Below are positions 18,152 through 27,372 of a DNA stretch of 64,000 nt, one piece after another. A model generated the notes under the pieces. The model ran no database searches, was not told the DNA's origin, and worked only from the letters and a program-made list of their open reading frames with translations. Positions within the stretch are counted from its first letter, which is position 1. Every line of letters starts with the position of its first letter. Source of the DNA: Candidatus Omnitrophota bacterium (GTDB lineage Bacteria > Omnitrophota > Gorgyraeia > Gygaellales > Profunditerraquicolaceae); assembly GCA_041651035.1 (NCBI GenBank), contig JBAZKC010000002.1, positions 269,606 through 333,605 on the forward strand, written 5' to 3'. A program made the translations under genes and the position numbers.

Positions 18152-18322
18152 CTATCTTCTTCCTTTAGCTTTCTTTCTTTTGCGCTCGCTGGGCTTTTCG
18201 TAATGTTTACGGTCCCTTACTTCCCTTAAAATGCCTTCCTGTTCGATTTTTTTCTTAAAGCGCCTTAAGGCTGATTCGAAAGATTCATCTCTTTTGATCT
18301 CTATTTCTGGCAATATAATCAT
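18152..18322 (-). CDS. rpsU: 30S ribosomal protein S21, 56 aa; not in the ORF track
   Basis: Translates to [56 protein letters not shown], the canonical bS21 pattern. Confidence 0.85.
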   Translation of the reverse strand: MIILPEIEIKRDESFESALRRFKKKIEQEGILREVRDRKHYEKPSERKRKKAKGRR

Positions 18323-18391
18323 CTCCTTTCTTATTTTGGAGGTTTATTATACCAGCGATTTCAGCGGGTGTCAACCCTGTTTAAAAACTAA

Positions 18392-18423
18392 GGGACGGTT
18401 CTGTTAAAAAACAGAACCGTCCC
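18392..18423 (-). terminator. Intrinsic terminator for the tonB-like gene: 14-bp perfect stem GGGACGGTTCTGTT/AACAGAACCGTCCC with an AAAA loop, followed on the minus strand by UAGUUUUUAA
   Basis: Read directly. It lies 18 nt downstream of the tonB-like stop at 18441. Confidence 0.75.
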
Positions 18424-18440
18424 CATGATTTTCTGCTTTT

Positions 18441-19130
18441 CTATTCTATTTCGAAGGTTATAACCAGGTTAAATGAAAGCTGCGGGTAATTCAATTCTTT
18501 AGGGAAATTCGGAAAAGGAGAAGCATCCTTTAGGCTGCTTAAGGCTATTTTTCTTAAGTACACGCTAAGCGAAGACTTATCTTCTATGAACCTCCACTCT
18601 TTTAAATATCCATCCTCCGATATGATAAACGAGATCATAACCTCTCCTGTTTCCGTACCGGAGTAATTCTGGTATGCCGCCCGCTTGATCTTCTCGCGCA
18701 CAACCTGATAATAAGTAATATAGGACGGGTTATCGATATTACCTAAATCTATGGGAGGGACGGTTATTTTCTTCTTAATAGCGATAACATCGGGCCTTAT
18801 AAAAGCCGGTTTAGGAAAACCCAGGTTTACGTCCTGCCTGCCGGCCTGGTCATCCTTCTTAAAAACGCTCTCTTTGTCTATAAACGGCGGCGGAATTATT
18901 TTTTTCGCGCTGATCCTCGGAGGCAGCTTTAAAAATGGCTCTTTTTTGGCGGGGTTTTTAGTTTTTGGCTCAAGCCTGGTTTCCTGGGGCTTCTTTATAT
19001 AGCTAACTTCTAATTTTTGTTCTTTTTCCCGCGCGGGATGATGATAGATGCCGGGGTATTTAAACAAAATAACCCCATGCGCGGCCAGAGAAACTAACAA
19101 AGCTATTTGAAATGCCTTCCCGGATAACAT
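18441..19130 (-). CDS. tonB: TonB-family energy transducer (N-terminal anchor, Pro/Lys-rich spacer, TonB_C domain)
   Basis: The C-terminal region GEVMISFIISEDGYLKEWRFIEDKSS...LSFNLVITFEI fits TonB_C. The central region is proline-rich (KKIIPPPFIDKE). Confidence 0.7.
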   Translation of the reverse strand: MLSGKAFQIALLVSLAAHGVILFKYPGIYHHPAREKEQKLEVSYIKKPQETRLEPKTKNPAKKEPFLKLPPRISAKKIIPPPFIDKESVFKKDDQAGRQDVNLGFPKPAFIRPDVIAIKKKITVPPIDLGNIDNPSYITYYQVVREKIKRAAYQNYSGTETGEVMISFIISEDGYLKEWRFIEDKSSLSVYLRKIALSSLKDASPFPNFPKELNYPQLSFNLVITFEIE

Positions 19131-19131
19131 A

Positions 19132-19629
19132 TTAATTTACCGCCAGGCTCCAGCTGATCAAACCTAACGCGCAGAGGCCAGAAACTATCAACCCCGCGCT
19201 GATTACCCCGGCTAATATGGCAATAAAGGCGTACCTGAATTTGATCTTAAATAAAGACGCGGCTACTACCCCGCTCCAGGCCCCGGTCATGGGAAGCGGT
19301 ATTGCTACAAATATCGCCAGGCCTAATGCTTCATATTTTTGTATTTTGTCCGCGTTCCTTCTGGTGCGCTCAAACAGCCAATCAAAGAAACGCGACCATA
19401 ACTTGAATTTTCTTAGCCTGTTAGAAATCGGCTCAAAGATAAGCAGCGCGGGCGCTACAAAAATAATATTACCCAGCACTGAGAGCCAGAAGGCCTTGCT
19501 AAAAGACATACCATAATATAATGCCAGAGGGATAGCGCCCCTTAATTCTGTTACCGGCAGGGCTCCTGCAAATATTACGATACATTCTTTTGGTATGCCT
19601 TTTAACCCATGCGCTATTATATCTATCAT
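19132..19629 (-). CDS. Small polytopic membrane protein (COG2426 / putative small multidrug export protein family)
   Basis: Four predicted TM segments. The motif LPVTELRGAIPLAL resembles this family from memory. Confidence 0.5.
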   Translation of the reverse strand: MIDIIAHGLKGIPKECIVIFAGALPVTELRGAIPLALYYGMSFSKAFWLSVLGNIIFVAPALLIFEPISNRLRKFKLWSRFFDWLFERTRRNADKIQKYEALGLAIFVAIPLPMTGAWSGVVAASLFKIKFRYAFIAILAGVISAGLIVSGLCALGLISWSLAVN

Positions 19630-20336
19630 TTTTTGGGAAAGGCATCCTCCCGTAACTCTCTTAATACCAGCCTTATAAACCTTAACGTATCGATGAAGGG
19701 ATTAATATGGCTCTTCTCTTGCGTGTATATGGTTTTGATAGAAACGGATTCGATCTTAAACCCCAGGCGCGAGCTTTTAATAAGTATCTCGGACTCGGTT
19801 TCATATTTGGAAGTCTTAAGCTCCACCCTCTTTAGCACCTCTTTTTTGATCAACCGGAACCCGCACTGCGTATCGGGTATCCTTTGATTGGCCAGGCAGG
19901 ACAAGAACCACGACATAAACCTATTGGTTATAATACGCGCCAAAGGCATATTCTTTACTTTCTGCATCCTGTTACCGATAAATATCGCGCTGTCGGAATA
20001 TTTGGCTAAGCGCATGAAATAGGGTATATCTTCCGGCAGGTGCTGGCCGTCGCCATCCATAGTGATCACAGCGTCGTAGCCATAAGTTAAGGCGTAATCA
20101 AAACCCTTGATCAACGATGCTCCCTTGCCCTGGTTCTTCTCGTTTCTTAACGTGATAGCCCCGCAGTTTTTGGCGATCCGGAAAGTATCGTCGCTTGAGC
20201 CGTCATCAATAACCAAGACGTCTAATTCCTGCATGGCGATTTCTTTTAGTAATCCGGCGATCTTATTGGCTTCGTTATAGGTAGGTATAATAACGCAGGT
20301 TCTCATGATATCCAGAATCTCCTGAACATATACCAC
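19626..20336 (-). CDS. Family 2 glycosyltransferase (polyprenyl-phosphate sugar transferase-like)
   Basis: Starts VIIPTYNEANKI, with a DxD region (VIDDGSSDDT) and TMDGDGQH. Confidence 0.75.
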   Translation of the reverse strand: MVYVQEILDIMRTCVIIPTYNEANKIAGLLKEIAMQELDVLVIDDGSSDDTFRIAKNCGAITLRNEKNQGKGASLIKGFDYALTYGYDAVITMDGDGQHLPEDIPYFMRLAKYSDSAIFIGNRMQKVKNMPLARIITNRFMSWFLSCLANQRIPDTQCGFRLIKKEVLKRVELKTSKYETESEILIKSSRLGFKIESVSIKTIYTQEKSHINPFIDTLRFIRLVLRELREDAFPKK

Positions 20337-21160
20337 TGGTCCGGGTATTTACGGATATAGCTTTCAAAAATGGTTTTATATAAGCTGACCAATTCCCGCA
20401 GGTCATTTTCTTTATCTCCCGTAGGGTTGAATTTAAGCGGGCTCTCTATTTTTAAGGTAAAGGTGTCATCAGCGTTTCTTACCATAAACCCGGGTACAAT
20501 AGCGGCTCCCGTTTTTAGAGCTAACGCTGCCGGGCCTTGCGGAAAAAGAGCCGGCTTGCCAAAAAAATCCAGGACTATCCCTTTTTCGGAGAAATCCCTG
20601 TCGCCTACCAAAGCCAGGAGCTTGTTTTCTTTTAAAATCTCCAGGCTTTTCCTGACCGCCCTACCCAAAGGTATCACCTTTATGCCTTTGCTTTCCCTCT
20701 GGAAATTAAAGAATTCATCTACCTTCTTATCTTTATGCGGAAGCGCTACTACCCAAAAAGGAAATCCGGAAAGAGCTATAACTACTCCCCCCAATTCCCA
20801 ATTACCTATATGGGCAGTTAATACAATAACGCCCTTGCCTCCGGAAAGCGCTTCTTTAAAATAATGGATATCCTCCACGCGGATATTGTTTCTTATATAT
20901 TCTTCGTTAAGTTTCTCAAAACGAAAGAAATCCACCAGGTATTTGGCAAAGTTCCGGAATATCCTTCTATTTATCTTCCGGATCTCCTTATCAGGCTTTT
21001 TGGGGAATATCGCTTTTAAATTTTCCTTTGTCTGCCTGCGGTCATTACCAGTAAACGCGTAATGCAAATCGGCGCAAAATTCCGCTATCCTATAACCCAA
21101 TCTTAATGGCAGATGCAAAACAATAAACTGCCCGGTCCTATAAAGCAGATAATCAAGCAT
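20303..21160 (-). CDS. lpxL: Lipid A biosynthesis lauroyl/myristoyl acyltransferase (LpxL/HtrB family, LPLAT superfamily)
   Basis: The N-terminus LYRTGQFIVLHLPLRLGYRIAEF is HtrB-like. The acyltransferase region is GKGVIVLTAHIGNWE. Confidence 0.7.
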   Translation of the reverse strand: MLDYLLYRTGQFIVLHLPLRLGYRIAEFCADLHYAFTGNDRRQTKENLKAIFPKKPDKEIRKINRRIFRNFAKYLVDFFRFEKLNEEYIRNNIRVEDIHYFKEALSGGKGVIVLTAHIGNWELGGVVIALSGFPFWVVALPHKDKKVDEFFNFQRESKGIKVIPLGRAVRKSLEILKENKLLALVGDRDFSEKGIVLDFFGKPALFPQGPAALALKTGAAIVPGFMVRNADDTFTLKIESPLKFNPTGDKENDLRELVSLYKTIFESYIRKYPDQWYMFRRFWIS

Positions 21161-21172
21161 TGGATTTGATAG

Positions 21173-22291
21173 CTAACACTTTCCTAATAATAACCTGGCT
21201 ATATCTAAGCTGGCATTGGGCTTACTTAAGGCGCCGGCGGATTCGCGAAGACGGTCCAATTGCCCGGGCTCTCTTGTTAAATTTTCAATCACCCGGTTTA
21301 TATCCTTAGGGTCGTCCACCTTGACCGCGGCCCCCTTCTCAGTCAAATAACGGGTATTATTGGCTTCCTGTCCGGGCAGAGGCTTAACAATAACCATAGC
21401 TAAATGCTTTGCCAGGACTTCAGCGCAGGTTACGCCTCCGGGCTTGGTAATAATAGCGTCTGAAACGCTCATCAGCTCATTTATATTGTTGACGTAGCCG
21501 AGAAGCAGGATCTTTTTCCTGTATTTACGGACTTTTCTTTTTAAGGAATTGTAAAGCTTCTTATTTGTGCCGGTAACCACGATCTCCTGGATATCGCTTT
21601 CCACTTTCTCCAAAGATTTAACGATCGTCTTAATTGGGCCAAGGCCTTGCCCGCCGCCCATGATCAAAATAGTAGGCAGGTTTGGGTCCATTTTGAGCTT
21701 ACCGGCGGTCTTAACTCTATCCAACAACTCATTAAATTTGGGGTCAAATGGAATCCCAAAACAGAGTACCTTATCAGAAGGGACCCCTTTCTTTATTAAA
21801 CGCGACGTTACGTCTTCTGAAGGCGTGATATAATGGTTTACCGCCTCGTAGACCCAATAAGAATGCGGGACATAATCCGTGAGTACCGCGACTAAAGGGA
21901 TGTTAGAATTGTAAGTTTTTTTGTAATCCGCGCACATGCCGCAGGGAAACGCCTGCGTGCAGACAACGGCATCCGGCTTAAACTTATCAAAGAGCACGCG
22001 CAGTTTTGGAGAATTGAATTTATGGATGGTCTCCTTGATGCCCTCTATTTTTTTTACTACCGCGGGGTTATCATAAAGATAATCCCATAGCTGCGGAGTC
22101 CTTTTAAGCACGCCCATATATAAACGGTTTACGATCTTCTCCGATATGGGGTTAGTATAATTAAAAGCGTTGATATTTAAAACTTCCACCTGCGGCTGCA
22201 GTATTTTTAGCGCCTTCTCTATGGCTATGGTCGCGCTGTGATGCCCGGATACTTCTGATATATACATTAGGATTACGCGTTTAGGGGCCAT
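21173..22291 (-). CDS. MGDG-synthase-family glycosyltransferase (GT28, UgtP/MurG-like fold)
   Basis: The N-terminus ILMYISEVSGHHSATIAIEKAL resembles the MGDG synthase domain. A GT-B C-terminal half is present. Confidence 0.6.
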   Translation of the reverse strand: MAPKRVILMYISEVSGHHSATIAIEKALKILQPQVEVLNINAFNYTNPISEKIVNRLYMGVLKRTPQLWDYLYDNPAVVKKIEGIKETIHKFNSPKLRVLFDKFKPDAVVCTQAFPCGMCADYKKTYNSNIPLVAVLTDYVPHSYWVYEAVNHYITPSEDVTSRLIKKGVPSDKVLCFGIPFDPKFNELLDRVKTAGKLKMDPNLPTILIMGGGQGLGPIKTIVKSLEKVESDIQEIVVTGTNKKLYNSLKRKVRKYRKKILLLGYVNNINELMSVSDAIITKPGGVTCAEVLAKHLAMVIVKPLPGQEANNTRYLTEKGAAVKVDDPKDINRVIENLTREPGQLDRLRESAGALSKPNASLDIARLLLGKC

Positions 22292-22296
22292 AGGGA

Positions 22297-23463
22297 TTAA
22301 ACCTTGTTCTCCTGATAAAGCTGGACAAGGGCATCTACAATCTGAGGGTCGAATTGCTCTCCGCTGGCTCTGCTGATCTCTTCGATCGCCTGCTTTTTGG
22401 GTAATTTGTGGTGGTAGGGCCTATCCGTAGTCATGGCGTCAAATGAATCAGCCGCCGTGATTATAGCGGCGATCAGAGGTATCTGGCTGCCCTTTAAGCC
22501 TTCCGGGTATCCTGAGCCGTTATACCTTTCATGATGATACTTTACGCCCAATATAGCGTCCTCAAGCTCCTTTATAGGCTGCAATATCACCGCGCCTAAA
22601 GTTGAGTGCTCCTGCATTTTCTTCCATTCCTCGTCGGTTAACGGCCCTTCTTTATTTAATATGGATTCAGGTATCCCGATTTTTCCGATATCATGCAAGA
22701 GGGCGGCTATATGCAAATGTTCCAGGAATTTATCGTCAATGGTATTTTTATTATTTGAACCCAATTTCCTGGCTATAGCCAGGCTTAAGGCGGTTACCCT
22801 CGCGGTATGCCCGTGCGTATAATGGTCCTTGGCGTCAATGGCAGCGGCTAAGGTAATGGTCGTATGGATAAAAAGGTTCTGCTTTCTTTCCAGTTCCAAT
22901 TCCAGGTCCTTAAAAAGCTGGGCGTTCCTTATAGCCATAGCCACATCTGAAGTAAGGGCAATAAAGAAATCTATCTCATCCTTGTCGAATCTCCTGCCGT
23001 TGTTTTTAGCGCCTAATAACAACAATCCCAGCATATCGTCCCTGAAATAACTCGGGATACAGACTACCGCCTCAAATATCTCCATCTGATGCAAAGCGCC
23101 TTTTACGAGTTCTTTTATTTCAGGCCTGATATTCTTATTGTCTAATATTTTTTTCGCTTCTTTATAAACAACAACTCCGCCGGAAAAGAATTTCTCATCC
23201 AGGTGCTGGCTGAAAAAACGTATAAGGGGATTATCCGCGTCCATGCGGGCGAATCCCGAGGGGATCTTTAAGCCGGCAGTGCCGCGGGAAACGGTCAGAA
23301 CGTAGGTATCCCTGTCTTTATCCTGCAGCAGGATCCCCGCGTGGCCCACTTTGACTTTATGCACAATCATGCGCACGATGATCTTGATCAAAGTATGCGT
23401 ATCATGCACGAGTATCATGCTCTTTGCCGCGGATTCGAGTTCTTTTTTGTAATCTATCTTCAT
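22297..23463 (-). CDS. GAF-domain HD-GYP phosphodiesterase
   Basis: HD motif HDIGKIGIP and GYP motif HHERYNGSGYP. The N-terminal ~170 aa are GAF-like. The start overlaps the REC gene stop (ATGA). Confidence 0.8.
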   Translation of the reverse strand: MKIDYKKELESAAKSMILVHDTHTLIKIIVRMIVHKVKVGHAGILLQDKDRDTYVLTVSRGTAGLKIPSGFARMDADNPLIRFFSQHLDEKFFSGGVVVYKEAKKILDNKNIRPEIKELVKGALHQMEIFEAVVCIPSYFRDDMLGLLLLGAKNNGRRFDKDEIDFFIALTSDVAMAIRNAQLFKDLELELERKQNLFIHTTITLAAAIDAKDHYTHGHTARVTALSLAIARKLGSNNKNTIDDKFLEHLHIAALLHDIGKIGIPESILNKEGPLTDEEWKKMQEHSTLGAVILQPIKELEDAILGVKYHHERYNGSGYPEGLKGSQIPLIAAIITAADSFDAMTTDRPYHHKLPKKQAIEEISRASGEQFDPQIVDALVQLYQENKV

Positions 23464-23825
23464 TTAAATAATTCTTTTAAGACTATCGTTTCTAATTCAT
23501 CCAGCTGGAGGGGTTTATGGATATAGTCTATCGCTCCTAATTCCCGGCATTTATCAAAATATGCCTGCTCATTAGGCTTTCTGCCGGTAACCATTATTAC
23601 CCTGGCGTCCTTATCCAGTTCTTTTATGCGCCTTAGAGTTTCTACTCCGTCGATGCCGGCCATCTTTATATCCAGTAATACCAGGTCCGATCTTTGCCTT
23701 TCCGATATGCTCAAGGCCTCTTCTCCGCTGGAAGCGGTGATCGTATCAACCTTGCGCTTGCGAAAGAAACTGGCGGCAAATTCCCGCACATCATCTTCGT
23801 CATCCACAATTAATAATTTTGGCAT
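23460..23825 (-). CDS. Standalone response-regulator receiver domain (CheY-like)
   Basis: LLIVDDEDDVRE...DLVLLDIKMAGIDG...VIMVTG contains the conserved Asp pocket and the phospho-acceptor Asp. Confidence 0.85.
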   Translation of the reverse strand: MPKLLIVDDEDDVREFAASFFRKRKVDTITASSGEEALSISERQRSDLVLLDIKMAGIDGVETLRRIKELDKDARVIMVTGRKPNEQAYFDKCRELGAIDYIHKPLQLDELETIVLKELFK

Positions 23826-23893
23826 GCCTTCTACGCCCCCTTCTCTTTTAAAATAACTTAAATCAACGGAATTGTCAACTGATTCAAGGATAT

Positions 23894-26068
23894 TTACCTG
23901 GCGATCGGCAACTCCAGCAGGAACTTAGTCCCCGCCTTATATTCTGATTCAAAAGAAATCCTGCCTTTATGCATATCGCTGATTATGCGCCTTATCACAT
24001 AAAGCCCCAGGCCCGTACCTTTGCGCGCTGAAACCTTGGTTGTAAAAAATGGGGTAAAGATCTTTTCATGATCTTCCTGTTTTATGCCCATCCCGTTATC
24101 TTTTATTATTATCTCTAAATAATTATTCTTGGCGGCGGAGGAAATAATGATCTTTCCCTTGTAGTGTTCTTCTTTTAATAACGCGTGGCGCTCCAGGATA
24201 GCGTCGTAGGCATTATCAATAAAATTAAAGAATGCCTCTTCTAACTGCACAATATTTCCTTTTATTTTCGGGATATCCTCCGGAAAATCACGGATGATGT
24301 CTATTTCTGAGAGCCTCACCTTGAATTGCACCATCTCTAAGGTATTGTCTATAAGGGTATTTAAACTTATTGCTTCAAAACCCGCTTCGCCTTTGCGTGA
24401 ATATTTTAAAAGCCCGCGTACGACCTGGCCGCCCTGGGTAACGTTTGCCTGTATGCGCTCAAAGGCATAATTAATCTGGCGGATCATCTCTTTTACCTCA
24501 GGAGTGCATTTTGAGGTATTTGTCATTTTTATGGTATCCATAATGTCTCCGGCGATCAGCGAAAGCGCGTAGAAACGGTTATTTAACTGGTGCGAGAGCC
24601 CGTCGGCCATAGTCCCGATCGTGGCCATCTTTTCCGCCTGGGCAACCTGCTCCTGCATATCTTTTGCCTCCTCATAGAACTGGGCATTCTCAACGGCTAA
24701 GGCTGTCTGGCTGGCTAAAACCTGGAATACATTTAAGTCGTCTTCCGTATAGATTTGCCCGGAGATCTTATCGCTTAAGACAAAAAACCCCATAAATCTA
24801 TCTTCCAGAAAACTGGGAATAACTACAGAGGCAGTAAGCAGGAGCATATTCTCTTCCAGTTGTTTATAAACAGGGTTATTAGCGTATTCCGTTTGGCGCT
24901 TTATTTCATCATAAATCAACGGCTCACGCTTCAGCCTGATCCAGGTAATTAAAGGATTATCCGAAGTTAATTTAGGAACAGATATCCTGTGTTTATCACG
25001 GCTTATTTGCAGGATATAATCACCGGTCTCCTTGTCATAAAGATAGATCGCCGCGTAAGATATCTTTACAATCTTAGTAACTATACGGGTGATCAAATCC
25101 AGCAACTTCCTTAAATTACGGATACGGGTCATGCCTATTGAAGCCTGTTTAAGTATATGCTGGTAGTGTTTCTGTTCTTTAAGCAGCGCGTCTTCGGCCT
25201 TGCGCTGGACATAAATATAGACAAACGGCCCCACAGTAGCTAAAATCCCCATTAATCCCAGCGGCAGTATCCACCACTCCGGGCCGAATGTTTCAATAAG
25301 CCATCCCTTTGCCCATATCGCGATCAGGAAAGGAAGGCCTAAAACCAGAGTATATACCGCTACAAAGATACCCGTGCGGGTTATGGCTACTTTAATATCC
25401 AGAAGCCGGTATTTAATGATGGCATAGGTAATGATCGTGCTGTAAATGACTATTCCAGTTTGCCCGAACGGATAGATATTTTTGCCAAATAGAATATGCG
25501 CGAATGTCGTAAGCAGGTATGTTCCTCCCCCGATAAACCCGAAAAAGAACCCCACTAATATAAATACCGCCTGGTTCCTGACCAGCCCTTTTGAAGAAAC
25601 ATAGAATTTGTATAAGGCGTAAAAAGCGTATATTAAGATGGCTGCCCAAAGGCACAAAAACAAAGGCAATACAAAACCCGTGAGCTCCAGATAATAGAAA
25701 GGGCCATAGATGAATCTTAGGCGGTAAGTACCCAAATTCATGAAGTCCAGCATTATGAAGATAGAGACCGGCAGGTAAGAAGAGTAGAGTATTTTTCTAT
25801 TAGGTAAATTACAAAATATATATATTATATTAAGGAACAAGGGTGCCAATAACCCCCCGGACACGCTGGCGACCTTCCACCATATTAAGGCCTCGCCAGG
25901 GCTGACCGAAGTGCCTATTTTGAATAAACTAAACCCCAGGAAAATCAAGGAAAAGTTAAAAACAGTCCATAACCTATGGAGCTTATTCTTACCGTAAACC
26001 GAAAGTATGGCTATTAATACTACCGAAGTAAGAGTTATAAGTAATCCGGATATCGCGAATAGATTCAT
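23894..26068 (-). CDS. Sensor histidine kinase with a polytopic N-terminal membrane sensor (about 7-8 TM), a GAF-like domain, and HisKA plus HATPase_c
   Basis: H-box LSHQLNNR. N-box, G1 and G2 are ITKDNGMGI and GTGLGL. The first ~290 aa are hydrophobic helices. Confidence 0.8.
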   Translation of the reverse strand: MNLFAISGLLITLTSVVLIAILSVYGKNKLHRLWTVFNFSLIFLGFSLFKIGTSVSPGEALIWWKVASVSGGLLAPLFLNIIYIFCNLPNRKILYSSYLPVSIFIMLDFMNLGTYRLRFIYGPFYYLELTGFVLPLFLCLWAAILIYAFYALYKFYVSSKGLVRNQAVFILVGFFFGFIGGGTYLLTTFAHILFGKNIYPFGQTGIVIYSTIITYAIIKYRLLDIKVAITRTGIFVAVYTLVLGLPFLIAIWAKGWLIETFGPEWWILPLGLMGILATVGPFVYIYVQRKAEDALLKEQKHYQHILKQASIGMTRIRNLRKLLDLITRIVTKIVKISYAAIYLYDKETGDYILQISRDKHRISVPKLTSDNPLITWIRLKREPLIYDEIKRQTEYANNPVYKQLEENMLLLTASVVIPSFLEDRFMGFFVLSDKISGQIYTEDDLNVFQVLASQTALAVENAQFYEEAKDMQEQVAQAEKMATIGTMADGLSHQLNNRFYALSLIAGDIMDTIKMTNTSKCTPEVKEMIRQINYAFERIQANVTQGGQVVRGLLKYSRKGEAGFEAISLNTLIDNTLEMVQFKVRLSEIDIIRDFPEDIPKIKGNIVQLEEAFFNFIDNAYDAILERHALLKEEHYKGKIIISSAAKNNYLEIIIKDNGMGIKQEDHEKIFTPFFTTKVSARKGTGLGLYVIRRIISDMHKGRISFESEYKAGTKFLLELPIAR

Positions 26069-26090
26069 AACACCCCTTCCTCTTGCCCTG

Positions 26091-26315
26091 TTAAGCCTTG
26101 TCTAATATAGACCTTCTGGATTCTTTGCCATCAGGCCTATAGACTGATTTCTCCTTGATCCATCTCTCTATATATTTCTTGTGGAATCTCCAGTCCGTGC
26201 CGATCTTAAAAGCAGGAATCTTACCTGCGCGGGCATACTTATGGACTGTAAGCGGATGGATGTTCAGATATTCAGCGACCTCCTTGGCAGTAAAGATCTC
26301 TTTATTTTTAGGCAT
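26091..26315 (-). CDS. Small excisionase/MerR-type HTH DNA-binding protein
   Basis: FTAKEVAEYLNIHPLTVHKYARAGKIPAFKIGTDWRF is an HTH_17-like pattern. It is the first gene of the signalling operon. Confidence 0.65.
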   Translation of the reverse strand: MPKNKEIFTAKEVAEYLNIHPLTVHKYARAGKIPAFKIGTDWRFHKKYIERWIKEKSVYRPDGKESRRSILDKA

Positions 26316-26352
26316 ATCACCACCTCACCTTGTAATGTTTACGATAGTCATA

Positions 26353-26381
26353 TATATACTAACATAATCAAGTATTGTCAA
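26353..26381 (-). promoter_or_regulatory. Near-consensus sigma70-type promoter for the HTH-HK-REC-HD-GYP operon: TTGACA, 17-nt spacer, TATATA
   Basis: Read on the minus strand. The -35 TTGACA is at 26381-26376 and the -10 TATATA at 26358-26353, about 35 nt upstream of the HTH start codon. Confidence 0.5.
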
Positions 26382-26412
26382 GGGTTATTCAAGCTAACCG
26401 CATAAAAAATAT

Positions 26413-26443
26413 GGGGACGGTTCTATTTTCTAGAACCGTCCCC
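26413..26443 (-). terminator. Intrinsic terminator: 13-bp stem GGGGACGGTTCTA/TAGAACCGTCCCC, followed on the minus strand by AUAUUUUUUAUG
   Basis: Read directly. It lies 20 nt downstream of the lipoyl-domain gene stop. The stem shares the GGGGACGGTTCT sequence with the terminator at 18392. Confidence 0.75.
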
Positions 26444-26462
26444 TTGTTTTATATATGGTTTG

Positions 26463-26699
26463 TTAAGCTTCGGAAATAATTGCTAATACCTCTCCTACGT
26501 TTACGGTATCGCCTTCGCTAAAAAGAACCTCTGAGAGTACCCCTGAACAAGGGCTGGGCAGATTAAAAGTAGCTTTATCTGTGGCTAATTCCACCAGGTC
26601 GCTCCCCTCCTTTACCCCTTCTCCCTGTTTAAAATACCAATACGATAAAGTCGCTTTTTTGATCCCCTCGCCCAATTCAGGCAAGACTACCTTAGTCAT
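26463..26699 (-). CDS. Standalone lipoyl-attachment domain protein (E2-type lipoyl domain only, 78 aa)
   Basis: VELATDKATFNLPSPCSGVL is the lipoyl-lysine hairpin motif of 2-oxoacid dehydrogenase E2 lipoyl domains. There is no catalytic domain. Confidence 0.7.
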   Translation of the reverse strand: MTKVVLPELGEGIKKATLSYWYFKQGEGVKEGSDLVELATDKATFNLPSPCSGVLSEVLFSEGDTVNVGEVLAIISEA

Positions 26700-26711
26700 T
26701 AAAGTTCCTCC

Positions 26712-27368
26712 TCAAGAATAAGAAACATTATCCTGTTCTACTAAAATTGGGGCTCTGAATTTACGGATGATTATTTCTTTTATGTCAGCGATCGCGACAT
26801 CTCTGTTAAGCTCTGTTTCTATCGAGGTCATTTCAACATCCATTCCACAGGGCCGGATCAAACGAAAATTATCCAGGTCCGCTTGTTTAACATTTATGCT
26901 TAAGCCATGGGAACTGATCCAATTCCTGATAGAAATGCCAATAGAGGCGACCTTTCTCTTGCCTATCCAGACACCGGTTAACCCGGGATACCTTACCCCA
27001 TTGATCCCAAGATCCCGTAATAATTCCATAACCATCTCTTCCAGATACCTCAGGAACAGATGTATATCTCTTTTAAAGTTGCGCAAATCCAGTATGGGAT
27101 AAACAGTAAGCTGCCCTGGCCCGTGATAAGTTACATCCCCGCCCCGTTCTATTTCATATACGCGGATCTCTTTAGCTTCTAACCGCCGGCCGTCAACCAA
27201 AACATTATTTCTATCCGCGGCCCTGCCTAAAGTGATCACCGGATAATGCTGGCAGAGTATTACCGTTTGAGGAAGAACCCGGGTTTTTACTGACTCAAAT
27301 GTCTCTTTCTGGAGATCCCAGGCCTTATTATAATCTATTAATCCCAGATCCAACAGCCGCATACGCAT
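26712..27368 (-). CDS. lipB: Octanoyltransferase LipB
   Basis: LipB pattern: DYNKAWDLQ...ILCQHYPVITLGRA...RGGDVTYHGPGQL. Confidence 0.85.
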   Translation of the reverse strand: MRMRLLDLGLIDYNKAWDLQKETFESVKTRVLPQTVILCQHYPVITLGRAADRNNVLVDGRRLEAKEIRVYEIERGGDVTYHGPGQLTVYPILDLRNFKRDIHLFLRYLEEMVMELLRDLGINGVRYPGLTGVWIGKRKVASIGISIRNWISSHGLSINVKQADLDNFRLIRPCGMDVEMTSIETELNRDVAIADIKEIIIRKFRAPILVEQDNVSYS

Positions 27369-27372
27369 AAAT

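Noticed and set aside
23826-23893. Internal promoter in the HK-REC spacer (TTGACA-17-TATTTT on the minus strand)
   Set aside because: The -10 element is weak and the spacer is only 68 nt. This is plausible but not supportable from sequence alone.
25413-25655. 80-aa minus-strand ORF inside the histidine kinase gene
   Set aside because: It is an alternate frame within the membrane-sensor region of a well-supported 724-aa kinase ORF.
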